64,000 nucleotides of DNA from a bacterium (GCA_965209155.1 OZ242383.1:2592001-2656000), one strand, 5' to 3'. Positions 31,750 to 41,985 are shown, numbered from the stretch's first letter. Notes: generated from the sequence alone by a model not told the origin. Translations and numbers: made by a program.

Positions 31750-31762
31750 CATAAGTGCCGGA

Positions 31763-32425
31763 CTACTTCCAATAGTACAAGATTTCCCCTGGTTTGTTGA
31801 TCAATACCTGCGCACCATTGGCTTGTAATTCTTCCCTGGGACGAAATCCCCAGAGAACGCCAACGGCCAACATATGGGCGGCGTTGGCCGTTTTCATATC
31901 CGTACCGGTATCGCCCAGGTAAAGAAATGATTCCGGAGGAATATCGAGACTTTGCGCGATCTCCAGAGCCCCGGTGGGGTCGGGTTTGCCTGGTAAATCG
32001 TCTTGTTGCCCCAAAACCCGGTCAAATTGCCATTTCCCCAGCAAATCTGCCACGCATTTCTGCGCGAAGGCGTTGGGCTTGTTGGTCAATACGCAGATGC
32101 GGATGCCCCAGGCGACCAGAGCATCGAGCATCGCGCCAACCCCCGAATAGGGTTTGCTCTTGACGTTCCGGTTTTGCTCGTACAAATGGTTGAAAACCCG
32201 GACGCAGCGTTGCACGGTTGATGGGTTTCTCTCCCCTTCGGGAAGCGCTCGATTGATTAACGCAGTAGCGCCCTCTCCTAAGAAATAACGATAGGATTCG
32301 AGAGGATGGCTGGGAAAGCCATCTTGCTCGAGAACCTGGTTCACCGTGTCTGCCAAATCTTCCAAGGTGTCGAGCAAGGTGCCATCGAGGTCAAACAAGA
32401 CCGCTTTGAATTCCATACGATCCAT
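31763..32425 (-). CDS. HAD family hydrolase (phosphoglycolate phosphatase-like)
   Basis: FDLDGTLLDT, KPDP, LGD...D motifs. Confidence 0.88.
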   Translation of the reverse strand: MDRMEFKAVLFDLDGTLLDTLEDLADTVNQVLEQDGFPSHPLESYRYFLGEGATALINRALPEGERNPSTVQRCVRVFNHLYEQNRNVKSKPYSGVGAMLDALVAWGIRICVLTNKPNAFAQKCVADLLGKWQFDRVLGQQDDLPGKPDPTGALEIAQSLDIPPESFLYLGDTGTDMKTANAAHMLAVGVLWGFRPREELQANGAQVLINKPGEILYYWK

Positions 32426-32472
32426 TGCAGAGTCAAAAGTACGCGCTAAAACTCAATTTTTCCAGCCAACGC

Positions 32473-33000
32473 TCAGAAGGAGGAAAGCAATTTTTTGATT
32501 TCATTTTCAAATCGAAGGGCACGGCCATCGCCTTCATGCATTTCTCCCGAACTCTGCATAATCACCTCCCCCTTGGGGTCTACCAGGTAGAAGGTCGGCC
32601 AGTACCGGTTACCCAACGCCCTCCAATAGCCATAGTCGTTGTCCATCATGATCGGGTGATCCAGACCATAGCGATTGGCCGCTCGCACCACTCGTTCGCG
32701 TTCTTTTTCGTATGAAAATTCCGGAGTGTGGATTCCGATGACCTGCAATCCTTGTTCCTGGTATTTCTTTTTCATTCCATGGACCCATGGAAAACTGCGA
32801 ATGCAGTTAATTCATATGGAGGTCCAGATTTCGATCAGAACCACCTTGCCCAGCAAATCGGCTTTTTTCAAAGGTTCTGAATTGATCCACATATTGGGAG
32901 AATGCTGCGTAAACTCCGGCATGGTTTTCGCCTGAATCGAAAGGTTGTTCAGGAAAAAAATCAATCCGAGTCCCAAGCAACCTCCCAGAATATTTTTCAT
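32473..33000 (-). CDS. Exported thioredoxin-like redoxin (DipZ-C/TlpA-like), probable selenoprotein with in-frame TGA at 32812-32814
   Basis: Two same-frame ORFs join as IEIWTSI-[TGA]-INCIRSFPW...IGIHTPEF...NRYWPTFYLVD; TGA occupies the first Cys of CxxC. Confidence 0.8.
32775..32792 (-). promoter_or_regulatory. Candidate bacterial SECIS hairpin
   Basis: mRNA UUCCAUG-GGUC-CAUGGAA stem-loop starting 20 nt 3' of the UGA; loop starts with G. Confidence 0.55.
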
Positions 33001-33053
33001 GGATGGATGGAGTTGGATGGATGGCATATCAGTATCCTTTCTTTCACTGGAAA

Positions 33054-33439
33054 ATGTGAGTCATGAGTTGAATTTTAATTAATCTCATTAAACCACCAGC
33101 TCTGCTGGTGCGAACCTAATAGGCTTTGCCGGTCAGACATGAGAAACGTATCCGTGTCCGTGAGCCGTGCTCGTGCTCGTGAACGGTCAGTGAATTCGAC
33201 GGCACATTTTGGTCACGAGCACGAGCACGTCTTACGATGACGAACACGTTTTGCCCTCATACTGGGGGCCTCTTCAAGCCACCGGCTCTGCCGGTGGTGA
33301 TGACTTATAAAATCAATAATTTAATATTTATGATGTGTCATGCTGGTTCCGGATCATCCAGAATCCAAAATATCAGCCGGATCCCCCTGGATTCCTGGTC
33401 AAGCCAGGAATGACACGTTTTTTAACATCTGATTCGCAT
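33054..33439. mobile_element. TIR-bounded MITE carrying the GGATTCC..GGAATGAC palindrome, interrupted by element copy 7
   Basis: Ends ATGTGAGTCATGAGTT / AACATCTGATTCGCAT; flanking direct repeat ACTGGAAA at 33046-33053 and 33440-33447; homologs at about 41566 and 45901. Confidence 0.6.
33081..33305 (-). mobile_element. Internally deleted element, copy 7 (225 bp; keeps only the last few codons of the ORF)
   Basis: Both ends intact; junction CATTTTGGTCACGAGC. Confidence 0.9.
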
Positions 33440-33599
33440 ACTGGAAAATGCGAAGTTAATGTCGGCTACCCATTTAAACATAGATAGAATGTCGGGAATC
33501 AATGGAATTGATTACACGCGATTCCTTGAAAAACTGCCATTCAATAAGAATTCCGGAATTTTAACAGAATCGTCAAGACTGCTCGAAAAAGCCTCGAGG

Positions 33600-34238
33600 C
33601 TAACCAACGAGGAAGAGGACGAATTCCCGACTGATGCCGGCGATCCACGACAACGGACTCCAGGCGGGCAGGAACAGACTGATGAGTAATAATCCCACGA
33701 TGGCCATAGTGCCATATTGCATATTCCAAATGACGTACTTGCGCCTTGCGCGAGAGGGAAGCAGGTAAGGCAACACGTAACTGCCGTCCAGGGGTCCCAG
33801 GGGGATGAGGTTGAAAAGGCACAAACTCATATTGATGAACATGAATAAAAAGAGAAAGGGTTGCCATTGAAAAGCCGTCAATCCGGATAACGTAAACACG
33901 TTCATCAAGACGCCTCCGATGATGGTGAGGATCAAGTTCATTCCAGGTCCGGCTGCAGCGACATAGAGATGGGCATTTCGGATGCGAAAATTTCTGGGAT
34001 CCACCGGGACCGGTTTGGCATAGCCGATGCCGACGAATAAAAGCATTAAGCTGCCGAAAACGTCCAGGTGGACGAAAGGATTGATGCTCATCCGACCTTG
34101 CAACCTGGCAGTGGAATCGCCACATAAATAAGCCACGTAAGCATGGCCGAATTCATGCAGGGTCAAGGCGAACATCAACGCCGCAATGAGTAAAATCCCC
34201 AAGCGGGGATCCTGCTGGATAAGATTGATCAAAGACAT
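33600..34238 (-). CDS. Site-2 protease (peptidase M50)
   Basis: HEFGH and NLIPLGPLDG. Confidence 0.92.
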   Translation of the reverse strand: MSLINLIQQDPRLGILLIAALMFALTLHEFGHAYVAYLCGDSTARLQGRMSINPFVHLDVFGSLMLLFVGIGYAKPVPVDPRNFRIRNAHLYVAAAGPGMNLILTIIGGVLMNVFTLSGLTAFQWQPFLFLFMFINMSLCLFNLIPLGPLDGSYVLPYLLPSRARRKYVIWNMQYGTMAIVGLLLISLFLPAWSPLSWIAGISREFVLFLVG

Positions 34239-34251
34239 GGATTCGACTCGT

Positions 34252-35544
34252 TTAAACCCAAATCAGGTTGGGATTGGGGACGATGGTTTCCTCCCGCCGG
34301 GCGCCCACTGAAATCAAGGAGATGGGAGCGTTGACCAATTCACTGATGCGCTTCAAATAAGAAATAAGAGCGGGAGGCAGCTTGTCATACTCGGTGATGT
34401 TCTGGGTTGGACAGAGCCAACCCGGGTGCTCTTCGTAAACCGGAGTCAGGTTGACCACGGGCAAAGGCGGCATTTCGGTATAAGTCTGGCCGTCTGCGGT
34501 CTCATATTTAATCGCTATTTTAATGGTTTCGAATTTATCCAGCACGTCCAGTTTGGTGACGGCAAGGGAAGTGACTCCATTCAATCGTACCGACTGACGC
34601 ACTAAAACCGCATCGAACCAGCCACAACGTCTCGGTCGACCGGTGGTTGCGCCAAATTCGGAGCCTTCAGTTTGCAGCAATTCCCCGGTTTCATCGAGCA
34701 ATTCGGTAGGAAAAGGGCCCTCGCCGACCCGAGTCGTGTATGCTTTGGCAATGCCGAGCACTTTGGAGATCTTCATGGGTCCCACGCCACACCCGGAAGC
34801 CGCTCCTCCGGCGAGCGTGTTGGACGACGTGACGAAGGGATAGGTCCCGTGGTCCACATCGAGGAAAGTCCCCTGCGCTCCTTCGAACAGGACGTTTTGA
34901 CCCCGATCGATGGCCTGGTTGATCAAGATGGAAGTATCCATCAGGTAAGGGCGCAATTGCTCATAATAATTCAAATAGTCTTTATAAATGGAATCCACGG
35001 ACAATTCGATATTTTCCTGAAAAAAGTGTCGTAACAGACAATTTTTTTCAGGAATAATCGCCTCCAGACATTTTTTAAAATAAGGTGGATCACTCATGTC
35101 GACCAGTCGAATACCCAGGCGGGAAATTTTATCCGTATAGGAGGGGCCGATCCCACGGCCGGTGGTTCCGAGCGTACGGCTGTGATTCAATTTTTCTCGT
35201 AATTGGTCAAAAAGTCGATGGTATGGCATGACCACGTGCGCAGTGTGGCTGATTTTCAGATTTTCTTTGACGGAGACCCGCATTTCCTGCAGTCTCTCCA
35301 CTTCTTCCAAGAGGAAAACAGGGTCGACCACCACTCCGTTGCCGATGACGGAAGTTTTGTTGCGCAGGATGCCTGAGGGGATCAGGTGCAGGATGAAGGT
35401 CTGGTTCTGGAATTTGACCGTATGTCCCGCGTTGCTTCCTCCTTGATAACGCGCAACGACGTCTGCACGTTCTGTTAGAAAATCAACCAGTTTTCCTTTT
35501 CCTTCGTCTCCCCACTGGGTACCAACGACGGCCACGCAAGTCAT
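34252..35544 (-). CDS. purA: Adenylosuccinate synthetase
   Basis: QWGDEGKGK, GTYPFVTSS, TTGRPRRCGW. Confidence 0.97.
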   Translation of the reverse strand: MTCVAVVGTQWGDEGKGKLVDFLTERADVVARYQGGSNAGHTVKFQNQTFILHLIPSGILRNKTSVIGNGVVVDPVFLLEEVERLQEMRVSVKENLKISHTAHVVMPYHRLFDQLREKLNHSRTLGTTGRGIGPSYTDKISRLGIRLVDMSDPPYFKKCLEAIIPEKNCLLRHFFQENIELSVDSIYKDYLNYYEQLRPYLMDTSILINQAIDRGQNVLFEGAQGTFLDVDHGTYPFVTSSNTLAGGAASGCGVGPMKISKVLGIAKAYTTRVGEGPFPTELLDETGELLQTEGSEFGATTGRPRRCGWFDAVLVRQSVRLNGVTSLAVTKLDVLDKFETIKIAIKYETADGQTYTEMPPLPVVNLTPVYEEHPGWLCPTQNITEYDKLPPALISYLKRISELVNAPISLISVGARREETIVPNPNLIWV

Positions 35545-35563
35545 GTGAATCCTGTGATAATGG

Positions 35564-36373
35564 TTAGGAGGATTGAGCCAGTTCCTTGGCTCGCAGGTAA
35601 GCAGCCCGCAGTCCTTCCTGAAAAAGTATTCCTATACGGCTTTGCTCGAAAGAGCGCAGGGCCGCCTCCGTGGTCCCGCCCGGAGAGGTGACGCGGTGCC
35701 TCAACTCGTCCACGGGAATGGACTGTTTTTCCCAAAGTAAGACCGCGCCTTTTATAGTCTGTTGCGTCAATATGCTCGCTTGTTCATGCGAAAATCCGAA
35801 TTTAATGGCGCATGCCATCATTTGTTCGGCAATATAGAAAACATAGGCGGGTCCACTTCCTGAAATGGCGGTTGCCGCGTCAATGGCATCTTCCTGATCC
35901 ACTGAAAAAGCGCGTCCATTGGCATTCAAGATGGATTGCGTAAATTGAACCTGCGCACTGCTAAGGTCTCGAGTGCCATAGTAAATGCTCATTCCTTCAC
36001 CGATTTGCGCAGGAGTATTGGGCATGGCACGCACGATGGAGCGGTGATTCAATTCACGAATCATTTGTTCGATGGAAATTCCTGCCATAATTGAGATAAC
36101 GACTTGATTGGAAGCAAGAAAAGGCGCCAAATCCTGCATCACAGCGGAAGCATTTTGTGGTTTGACTGCCAGGAGTATCCCATAGAATCGAGAAATTTCA
36201 TCGTCGATATTTTCCCGAACTGCGCATCCTAATGCTTGCGCCAGGTCCTCACGTAGTGTGGAAACGAGCTCGATGATCATCAATTTGGAAGGAGCGATGG
36301 TTTGGGTTGCAAGAAGAGAATGGGCCATCGCTCCTCCCATATTTCCTCCTCCAATGATCGCTAAATTCATCAA
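35564..36373 (-). CDS. proC: Pyrroline-5-carboxylate reductase
   Basis: GGGNMG, AVKPQ, RAMPNTP, SGSGPAY, VTSPGGTT. Confidence 0.95.
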   Translation of the reverse strand: MMNLAIIGGGNMGGAMAHSLLATQTIAPSKLMIIELVSTLREDLAQALGCAVRENIDDEISRFYGILLAVKPQNASAVMQDLAPFLASNQVVISIMAGISIEQMIRELNHRSIVRAMPNTPAQIGEGMSIYYGTRDLSSAQVQFTQSILNANGRAFSVDQEDAIDAATAISGSGPAYVFYIAEQMMACAIKFGFSHEQASILTQQTIKGAVLLWEKQSIPVDELRHRVTSPGGTTEAALRSFEQSRIGILFQEGLRAAYLRAKELAQSS

Positions 36374-36545
36374 TCAGACTCCCATTGCCTGGTCCACCTG
36401 TTTAAAACACGGCCAATATCGACGGATTTGCCGGGAATGAACGCGCATTTCCGGATAAGGTGGGTTTGGCTTATCATTTTCATTCAGAACTTGTAAGCAT
36501 AAGGGAAGGATCCGTAAAAATCAATTCCAAATTCGTTACCGCCTT

Positions 36546-37316
36546 ATGACCCCCATTGTTCTCGCTCCTGCTCAAAACAATCTCTATATTGTGAGCGATT
36601 CCCACCTCGACCAGGATACCGCTCCTTATGAGGAGTTTATCACCATGTTGTCTTCACTTGAAAATCCGGGGGCCTTGGTTTGTTTGGGCGATTTGTTCAA
36701 AGTCTGGTTAGCTCTTCCCCAGTTCTGGCTGCCCATGCATGAGCAAGTGATGGCTACGTTTGAAATATTGCGCAGTCGGGGTGTGGTGGTTATATTCGTA
36801 GTAGGGAACCGGGAAGTGTTGATTCCCGGGAAATGGAGCGAAACGTGGGAGAAAAAATTTCCTTTCACTCATTTGGTCCATGACGAATGCCGGGTGGAGT
36901 GGCGTGCCAGACGTTATGGTTTCATCCATGGAGACTCGATCAACCGGCAGGATTTGAATCATTTGCGATGGCGGAAAATTGTCCGCAGCCACGGATTTGA
37001 ATGGTTCTTTCGAGCGATGCCCGGCCCGTTGGCTCGTTGGGTGGCGGATCACCTGGAACAAACTCTGGCTCAATCCAATTTTAAATACAAGTCCTCATTT
37101 CCACAAAATGAAGTAGAAAACTTTGCGAAAGACGTTTTAGATGATGTGGATTGGTACTTTGTGGGACATTTTCATGAAGACCACCAAATCCATTTACCTG
37201 GCAAACGCGGTATATTGAGGATAGTACCCGACTGGATGAGCAAGCGCACGATACTGCAAATCAACCCTGCCGGGCATGTCCGGACCCTCCACTTCCAAAA
37301 TGGCGCCTTCCGATGA
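36546..37316 (+). CDS. UDP-2,3-diacylglucosamine hydrolase-like metallophosphoesterase (LpxH-like)
   Basis: SDSH, LGDLF, GNRE, HGD, GHFH, DW motifs. Confidence 0.75.
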   Translation: MTPIVLAPAQNNLYIVSDSHLDQDTAPYEEFITMLSSLENPGALVCLGDLFKVWLALPQFWLPMHEQVMATFEILRSRGVVVIFVVGNREVLIPGKWSETWEKKFPFTHLVHDECRVEWRARRYGFIHGDSINRQDLNHLRWRKIVRSHGFEWFFRAMPGPLARWVADHLEQTLAQSNFKYKSSFPQNEVENFAKDVLDDVDWYFVGHFHEDHQIHLPGKRGILRIVPDWMSKRTILQINPAGHVRTLHFQNGAFR

Positions 37317-37477
37317 GTATCCCGGCTATCCGCTCCGGTGTTTCGTTAAAAAGCGATCAGCCGGATTCCGCATCGAAGAATCTCGCACCTTCTCTCTTGC
37401 GCACCAATAGTTCCTGGTCCTGAGGAGAAAGCTGCGAATGATACGGTGTCCCCCGCTCAAACCAAGGCAGTCCGTAC

Positions 37478-40414
37478 TCATGGTTCCCAGGTTTCCATGG
37501 GAGGACAGGCGCAGAATAAATTCCGGTCTCCATAACTTTCGTCGATTCGTGAAACATTGGGCCAGAATTTGTTGAATGACAAGTTTTTGACGGGAAATGC
37601 CGCTTTCTGGCGTGAATAGGGATGGGACCAGTCATCACGTGCAATGGCGGCACTGGTATGGGGGGCATTTTTCAGGACGTTGTCTCGAGGATCCGATATA
37701 CCTTCTTCGATTTCCCGGATTTCCTCGCGTATGCTGATCATGGCCTGGCAAAAACGGTCCAATTCTTCTTTATTCTCACTTTCGGTCGGTTCGATCATCA
37801 GGGTTCCCGGCACTGGAAACGAGACGGTCGGCGCATGGAATCCATAATCCATCAATCGTTTGGCAACGTCCTGCACTTCGACCTGCGCCGTGTTTTTAAA
37901 ACGGCGCATATCAAAAATCAGTTCATGCGCCACTCGACCATTTTTGCCTTTGAACAATAAGGGATAATACCCGTAGAGGCGGTCCTTGAGGTAGTTGGCG
38001 TTCAGGATGGCATAACGGGTGGCTTCACGAATTCCCTGCGAACCGAGCATTTTGATGTACGCATAGGAAATCAAGAGAATGCTGGCACTGCTCCAAGGGG
38101 CGGATGCGATGGCGGAAATGCCTTTTTCCCCTCCCACCGGAACCAAAGGATGTCCGGGCAGAAATGGGACGAGGTGCTCCGCAACGCAAATCGGTCCCAT
38201 GCCGGGGCCCCCTCCTCCATGAGGAATACTGAAGGTTTTGTGCAAATTCAGGTGACAGACGTCCACTCCGATCTTTCCGGGATGAGTCAGACCCACTTGC
38301 GCGTTGAGGTTGGCGCCATCCATATAGACCTGACCTCCGTGGTGGTGGACGATTTGACAGATTTGAAGGATTTGTTCTTCATAAACACCGTGGGTTGAAG
38401 GGTAAGTCACCATCAATCCCGCCAGCCGTTCCCGGTTCTGTTTTGCTTTTGTCCGGAGATCATTGACGTCGATGTTTCCCATTTCGTCGCAACGCGCGAC
38501 CACGACTTCCATACCACACATGGCGGCGCTGGCGGGGTTGGTTCCATGCGCCGACGAAGGAATGAGGACAATGTTGCGATGCGACTCTCCCCTGTCGTGA
38601 TGGTAGGCCCGGATGACCAACAAACCCGCGTATTCTCCCTGAGCTCCGGAGTTGGGTTGTAAGGAGATTCCGGGCAGACCGGTGATTTCACAGAGATCGT
38701 TTTCCAGTGCCTGAATGATTTCCGCGTATCCCCGGGTTTGCTCTTCAGGCGCAAAGGGATGAATCCTGGAAAATTGGGGCCAGGTTACCGGGATCATCTC
38801 GGTGGTGGCATTGAGTTTCATAGTACAGGAGCCCAGTGGAATCATCGATCCTGTCAGGGAAAGATCTTTGTTTTCCAACGACTTGATGTAACGCAACATG
38901 CTGGTTTCAGAACGAAAGCGATGAAAAACGGGATGAGTCAAAAAGTCGTCGCGACGGATCAAAGAATCGGGAATGGCCAGTGAATCGCTTTCTCCTGCAG
39001 GAGAACCTTTCCATTCATCGCGCGTGAAGAGAGAAATGAGTTTATGAATATCATCCAGGCTTGTGGTTTCATCGAGACTGATACCAAGCGTGTTGTCGTC
39101 GATTTGGCGGAGGTTGATGTTTTGCGCGAGGGCATTGCGTCGGATTTGATCCAGGTCGAGAGGGGCGGAAGGCGCTGATTGAACTTTGAGCGTATCGAAA
39201 AAGTATAAATTCTCCTGCCGGTAGCCGAGTTTTTTCAATTCGTTGTTGAGCCAGCAAGTACGGGTGTGAACTGTTTCGGCAATCGCTTTCAATCCTTCGG
39301 GGCCGTGGTAAACGCCATACATACCAGCCATAATGGCAAGGAGAGCCTGGGCCGTGCAAATATTGGAAGTCGCCCGATCTCGTTTGATATGCTGTTCCCG
39401 GGTTTGCAAAGACATGCGATAGGCCGTGTTTTGGTGGGCATCGATGGAAACACCGATCACCCGGCCCGGAATTTCCCGCGCATGGGCTTGCCGAGTGGCA
39501 AAATAAGCGGCATGTGGTCCGCCGTAACCCATCGGAACTCCGAATCGTTGAGCAGAACCAATGACCACGTCCGCTCCCAGTTCTCCAGGGGATTTCAACA
39601 ACACTGAAGCCAATAAATCCGAGGCGAATACGACGAGCAGTCCGGAAGCATGAGCGTTGTCGACAAATTCTCCGTAGTCACGAACCGACCCTGTTTCGGT
39701 TGGGTATTGCACGATAGCTCCGAAAAATTGATCATCAAAAACTGCTTGGCGATAATCCCCCACGATGATTTCTATATTCAAGGGTTCGGCTCTTGTTTTC
39801 ATGATGGCGATGCTGGTCTCAAAGCATTCATCCGATACAAAAAATTTGTTCTTGCCCGGATTTCGTCCTGTCGACCGGGCGGGATCCTTCTTTGCTCCTC
39901 GTCGACGTTTGTTTGTGACGCGATAGGCAAGCGTCATCGCTTCGGCAGCCGCGGTTCCCTCATCGAGTAGCGAAGCGTTCGCAATTTCCATTCCCGTGAG
40001 GTCAATGACCATGGTTTGAAAATTCAGCAGGGCTTCCAGGCGTCCTTGGGATATTTCCGGTTGGTACGGAGTGTATTGCGTATACCAGCCCGGGTTTTCC
40101 ATGATATTGCGTAGTATCACATTAGGCGTGTAACAATCATGATATCCCAGTCCAAGGTATGATTTGTAAATTTTGTTCTTTTCAGCAATTTTCCGCAAAT
40201 GCTCCAGCAGTTCCGATTCTCCCAATGCGTCTGAAATATCGAGTTCTTTCCGCAGGCGAATCGGGGTGGGGATGGTCTCTTCAACCAGTTGTTCCAGCGT
40301 GGATGCCTTGCACGTTTCCAACATGGCCTGGACGTCGTCTTCTCCAGGTCCCAAATGCCTTCTTTGAAAAAAATCGGAACGATATTCACTTGCCATAGGA
40401 CTTTCCTTTTTCAT
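37478..40414 (-). CDS. gcvP: Glycine dehydrogenase (decarboxylating), P protein
   Basis: YTPYQPEISQGRLE, PLGSCTMK, HLNLHKTF. Confidence 0.97.
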   Translation of the reverse strand: MKKESPMASEYRSDFFQRRHLGPGEDDVQAMLETCKASTLEQLVEETIPTPIRLRKELDISDALGESELLEHLRKIAEKNKIYKSYLGLGYHDCYTPNVILRNIMENPGWYTQYTPYQPEISQGRLEALLNFQTMVIDLTGMEIANASLLDEGTAAAEAMTLAYRVTNKRRRGAKKDPARSTGRNPGKNKFFVSDECFETSIAIMKTRAEPLNIEIIVGDYRQAVFDDQFFGAIVQYPTETGSVRDYGEFVDNAHASGLLVVFASDLLASVLLKSPGELGADVVIGSAQRFGVPMGYGGPHAAYFATRQAHAREIPGRVIGVSIDAHQNTAYRMSLQTREQHIKRDRATSNICTAQALLAIMAGMYGVYHGPEGLKAIAETVHTRTCWLNNELKKLGYRQENLYFFDTLKVQSAPSAPLDLDQIRRNALAQNINLRQIDDNTLGISLDETTSLDDIHKLISLFTRDEWKGSPAGESDSLAIPDSLIRRDDFLTHPVFHRFRSETSMLRYIKSLENKDLSLTGSMIPLGSCTMKLNATTEMIPVTWPQFSRIHPFAPEEQTRGYAEIIQALENDLCEITGLPGISLQPNSGAQGEYAGLLVIRAYHHDRGESHRNIVLIPSSAHGTNPASAAMCGMEVVVARCDEMGNIDVNDLRTKAKQNRERLAGLMVTYPSTHGVYEEQILQICQIVHHHGGQVYMDGANLNAQVGLTHPGKIGVDVCHLNLHKTFSIPHGGGGPGMGPICVAEHLVPFLPGHPLVPVGGEKGISAIASAPWSSASILLISYAYIKMLGSQGIREATRYAILNANYLKDRLYGYYPLLFKGKNGRVAHELIFDMRRFKNTAQVEVQDVAKRLMDYGFHAPTVSFPVPGTLMIEPTESENKEELDRFCQAMISIREEIREIEEGISDPRDNVLKNAPHTSAAIARDDWSHPYSRQKAAFPVKNLSFNKFWPNVSRIDESYGDRNLFCACPPMETWEP

Positions 40415-40427
40415 TGCCGAAGGAATG

Positions 40428-41543
40428 TCAAATTACCACAAATGGGGGTTTGACGATTGTTGCCGGGAATAGTTTGTTTCGAATTTGAATGTTCAGCGTT
40501 TCTCCCACTTTCGAGTGCTCGATTGGAACGTAGCCCATGCCGATTCCCTTTCCCAATGTGGGAGAACTGCTTCCGCTGGTCACTTCTCCCAGCACCCGAT
40601 CTCCCTTTGCATCCAGAATGGGATAGTGAGGACGGGGAACGCCTCGCACATCGAGAATGAAACGGATCAATTTTTGTCGTATTCCTTCAGATTTAACTTT
40701 TTGCAAGGCCTCTTTCCCGAGGAATTCTTTTTTTTGTAAAGCGACGAAACGTCCCAATCCCGCTTCCAGGGGATTGTGCCGGTCATCAATATCCTGACCG
40801 TAGAGTGGGAAGCAAACTTCCAGACGAAGCGTGTCCCGCGATCCTAATCCGGCGGGTAAGATTCCGTAATTCAGACCATAGTACATCAGAGCTTCCCAGA
40901 TTTCCTCACTACTTTCGGGCGGGCAATAAATTTCAAATCCATCTTCTCCCGTATATCCCATGCGCGCCAGCATGACAGGATGTTCGTATAATTCGATTTC
41001 CCGGAAGCAGTAGTATCGTATATCTTGCAATGGCTTCTTTGTGATGGATTCCAACACTGGTTGCGCGTATTTCCCCTGGATAGCGATTTGCGCGTATTGA
41101 GCAGACCGGTTTTCGCAGCACACCCGACCTTCCAGGTTCGACCGGATCCATTGAAAATCCTTGTCGGTGTTGGAAGCATTGGTACAAAGAAAATACTGCT
41201 CTTCTGAAATACGATACACCGTCACATCATCTACGAACGTACCATTTTCATAAAGCAGCGCCGAATACTGCGCTTGCCCATCGCTTAATTTCGATACATC
41301 ATTACAAGTCAATCGTTGCAGGTTGGTCAAAGCATCTTTCCCTTCAATGAAAATTTCTCCCATGTGACTGACGTCGAACAAAGATACCGAATTGCGCGTA
41401 TTGTGGTGCTCTGTAATGATGCTGTCATACAGAATGGGCATTTCCCAACCCGCAAAATCCACGAATCTAGCCCCCATTTGGTGGTGAAGCTCATTGAGCG
41501 GAGTTTTTTTCAGTTCAGTCACGGAAGCCCCTTTTTTTGACAT
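40428..41543 (-). CDS. gcvT: Glycine cleavage T protein
   Basis: FAGWEMP, FDVSHMGE, GYTGEDGFE, RDTLRLE. Confidence 0.96.
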   Translation of the reverse strand: MSKKGASVTELKKTPLNELHHQMGARFVDFAGWEMPILYDSIITEHHNTRNSVSLFDVSHMGEIFIEGKDALTNLQRLTCNDVSKLSDGQAQYSALLYENGTFVDDVTVYRISEEQYFLCTNASNTDKDFQWIRSNLEGRVCCENRSAQYAQIAIQGKYAQPVLESITKKPLQDIRYYCFREIELYEHPVMLARMGYTGEDGFEIYCPPESSEEIWEALMYYGLNYGILPAGLGSRDTLRLEVCFPLYGQDIDDRHNPLEAGLGRFVALQKKEFLGKEALQKVKSEGIRQKLIRFILDVRGVPRPHYPILDAKGDRVLGEVTSGSSSPTLGKGIGMGYVPIEHSKVGETLNIQIRNKLFPATIVKPPFVVI

Positions 41544-41565
41544 CGGTTTTATAAAGTGTAGGGGA

Positions 41566-41985
41566 ATGCGAATCGGGAGTTTAAATTTAATTTATAAAAT
41601 CAATGATTTAATCATTATGATGTGTCATGCCGGTCCCGGATCACCCTGGATTCTCGATTACGCAGGGAGGACATCATTGATACCCTGGATTCCTGGTCAA
41701 GCCAGGAATGACACTCACCTCGTTTCCCTGTATTCCTGGTCAAGCCAGGAATGACACGATTTTTAATTAATCTCATTAAACCACCAGCTCTGCTGGTGTG
41801 AACCTGATAGGCTTTGCCGGTCAGACATGAGAGACGTATCCGTGTCCGTTAGCCGTGCTCGTGATGGCAGCCTTTTTCGTTCACGAGCACGAGCACGTCT
41901 TACGATGACGAACACGTTTTGCCCTCATACTGGGGGCCTCTTCAAGCCACCGGCTCTGCCGGTGGTGATGACTCTTGATTCACCT
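41566..41985. mobile_element. Second copy of the TIR MITE, with element copy 8 inserted in its right end
   Basis: Starts ATGCGAATCGGGAGTT; homologous to 33054-33439; right end TTTTTAATT|CTTGATTCAC is split by the insertion. Confidence 0.55.
41769..41973 (-). mobile_element. ORF-less element, copy 8 (205 bp)
   Basis: Both ends intact; junction GTGCTCGTGATGGCAGCC. Confidence 0.9.

Noticed and set aside
41544..41768. Glycine riboswitch upstream of gcvT
   Set aside because: The region is accounted for by MITE/palindrome sequence; no tandem aptamer motifs were recognised.
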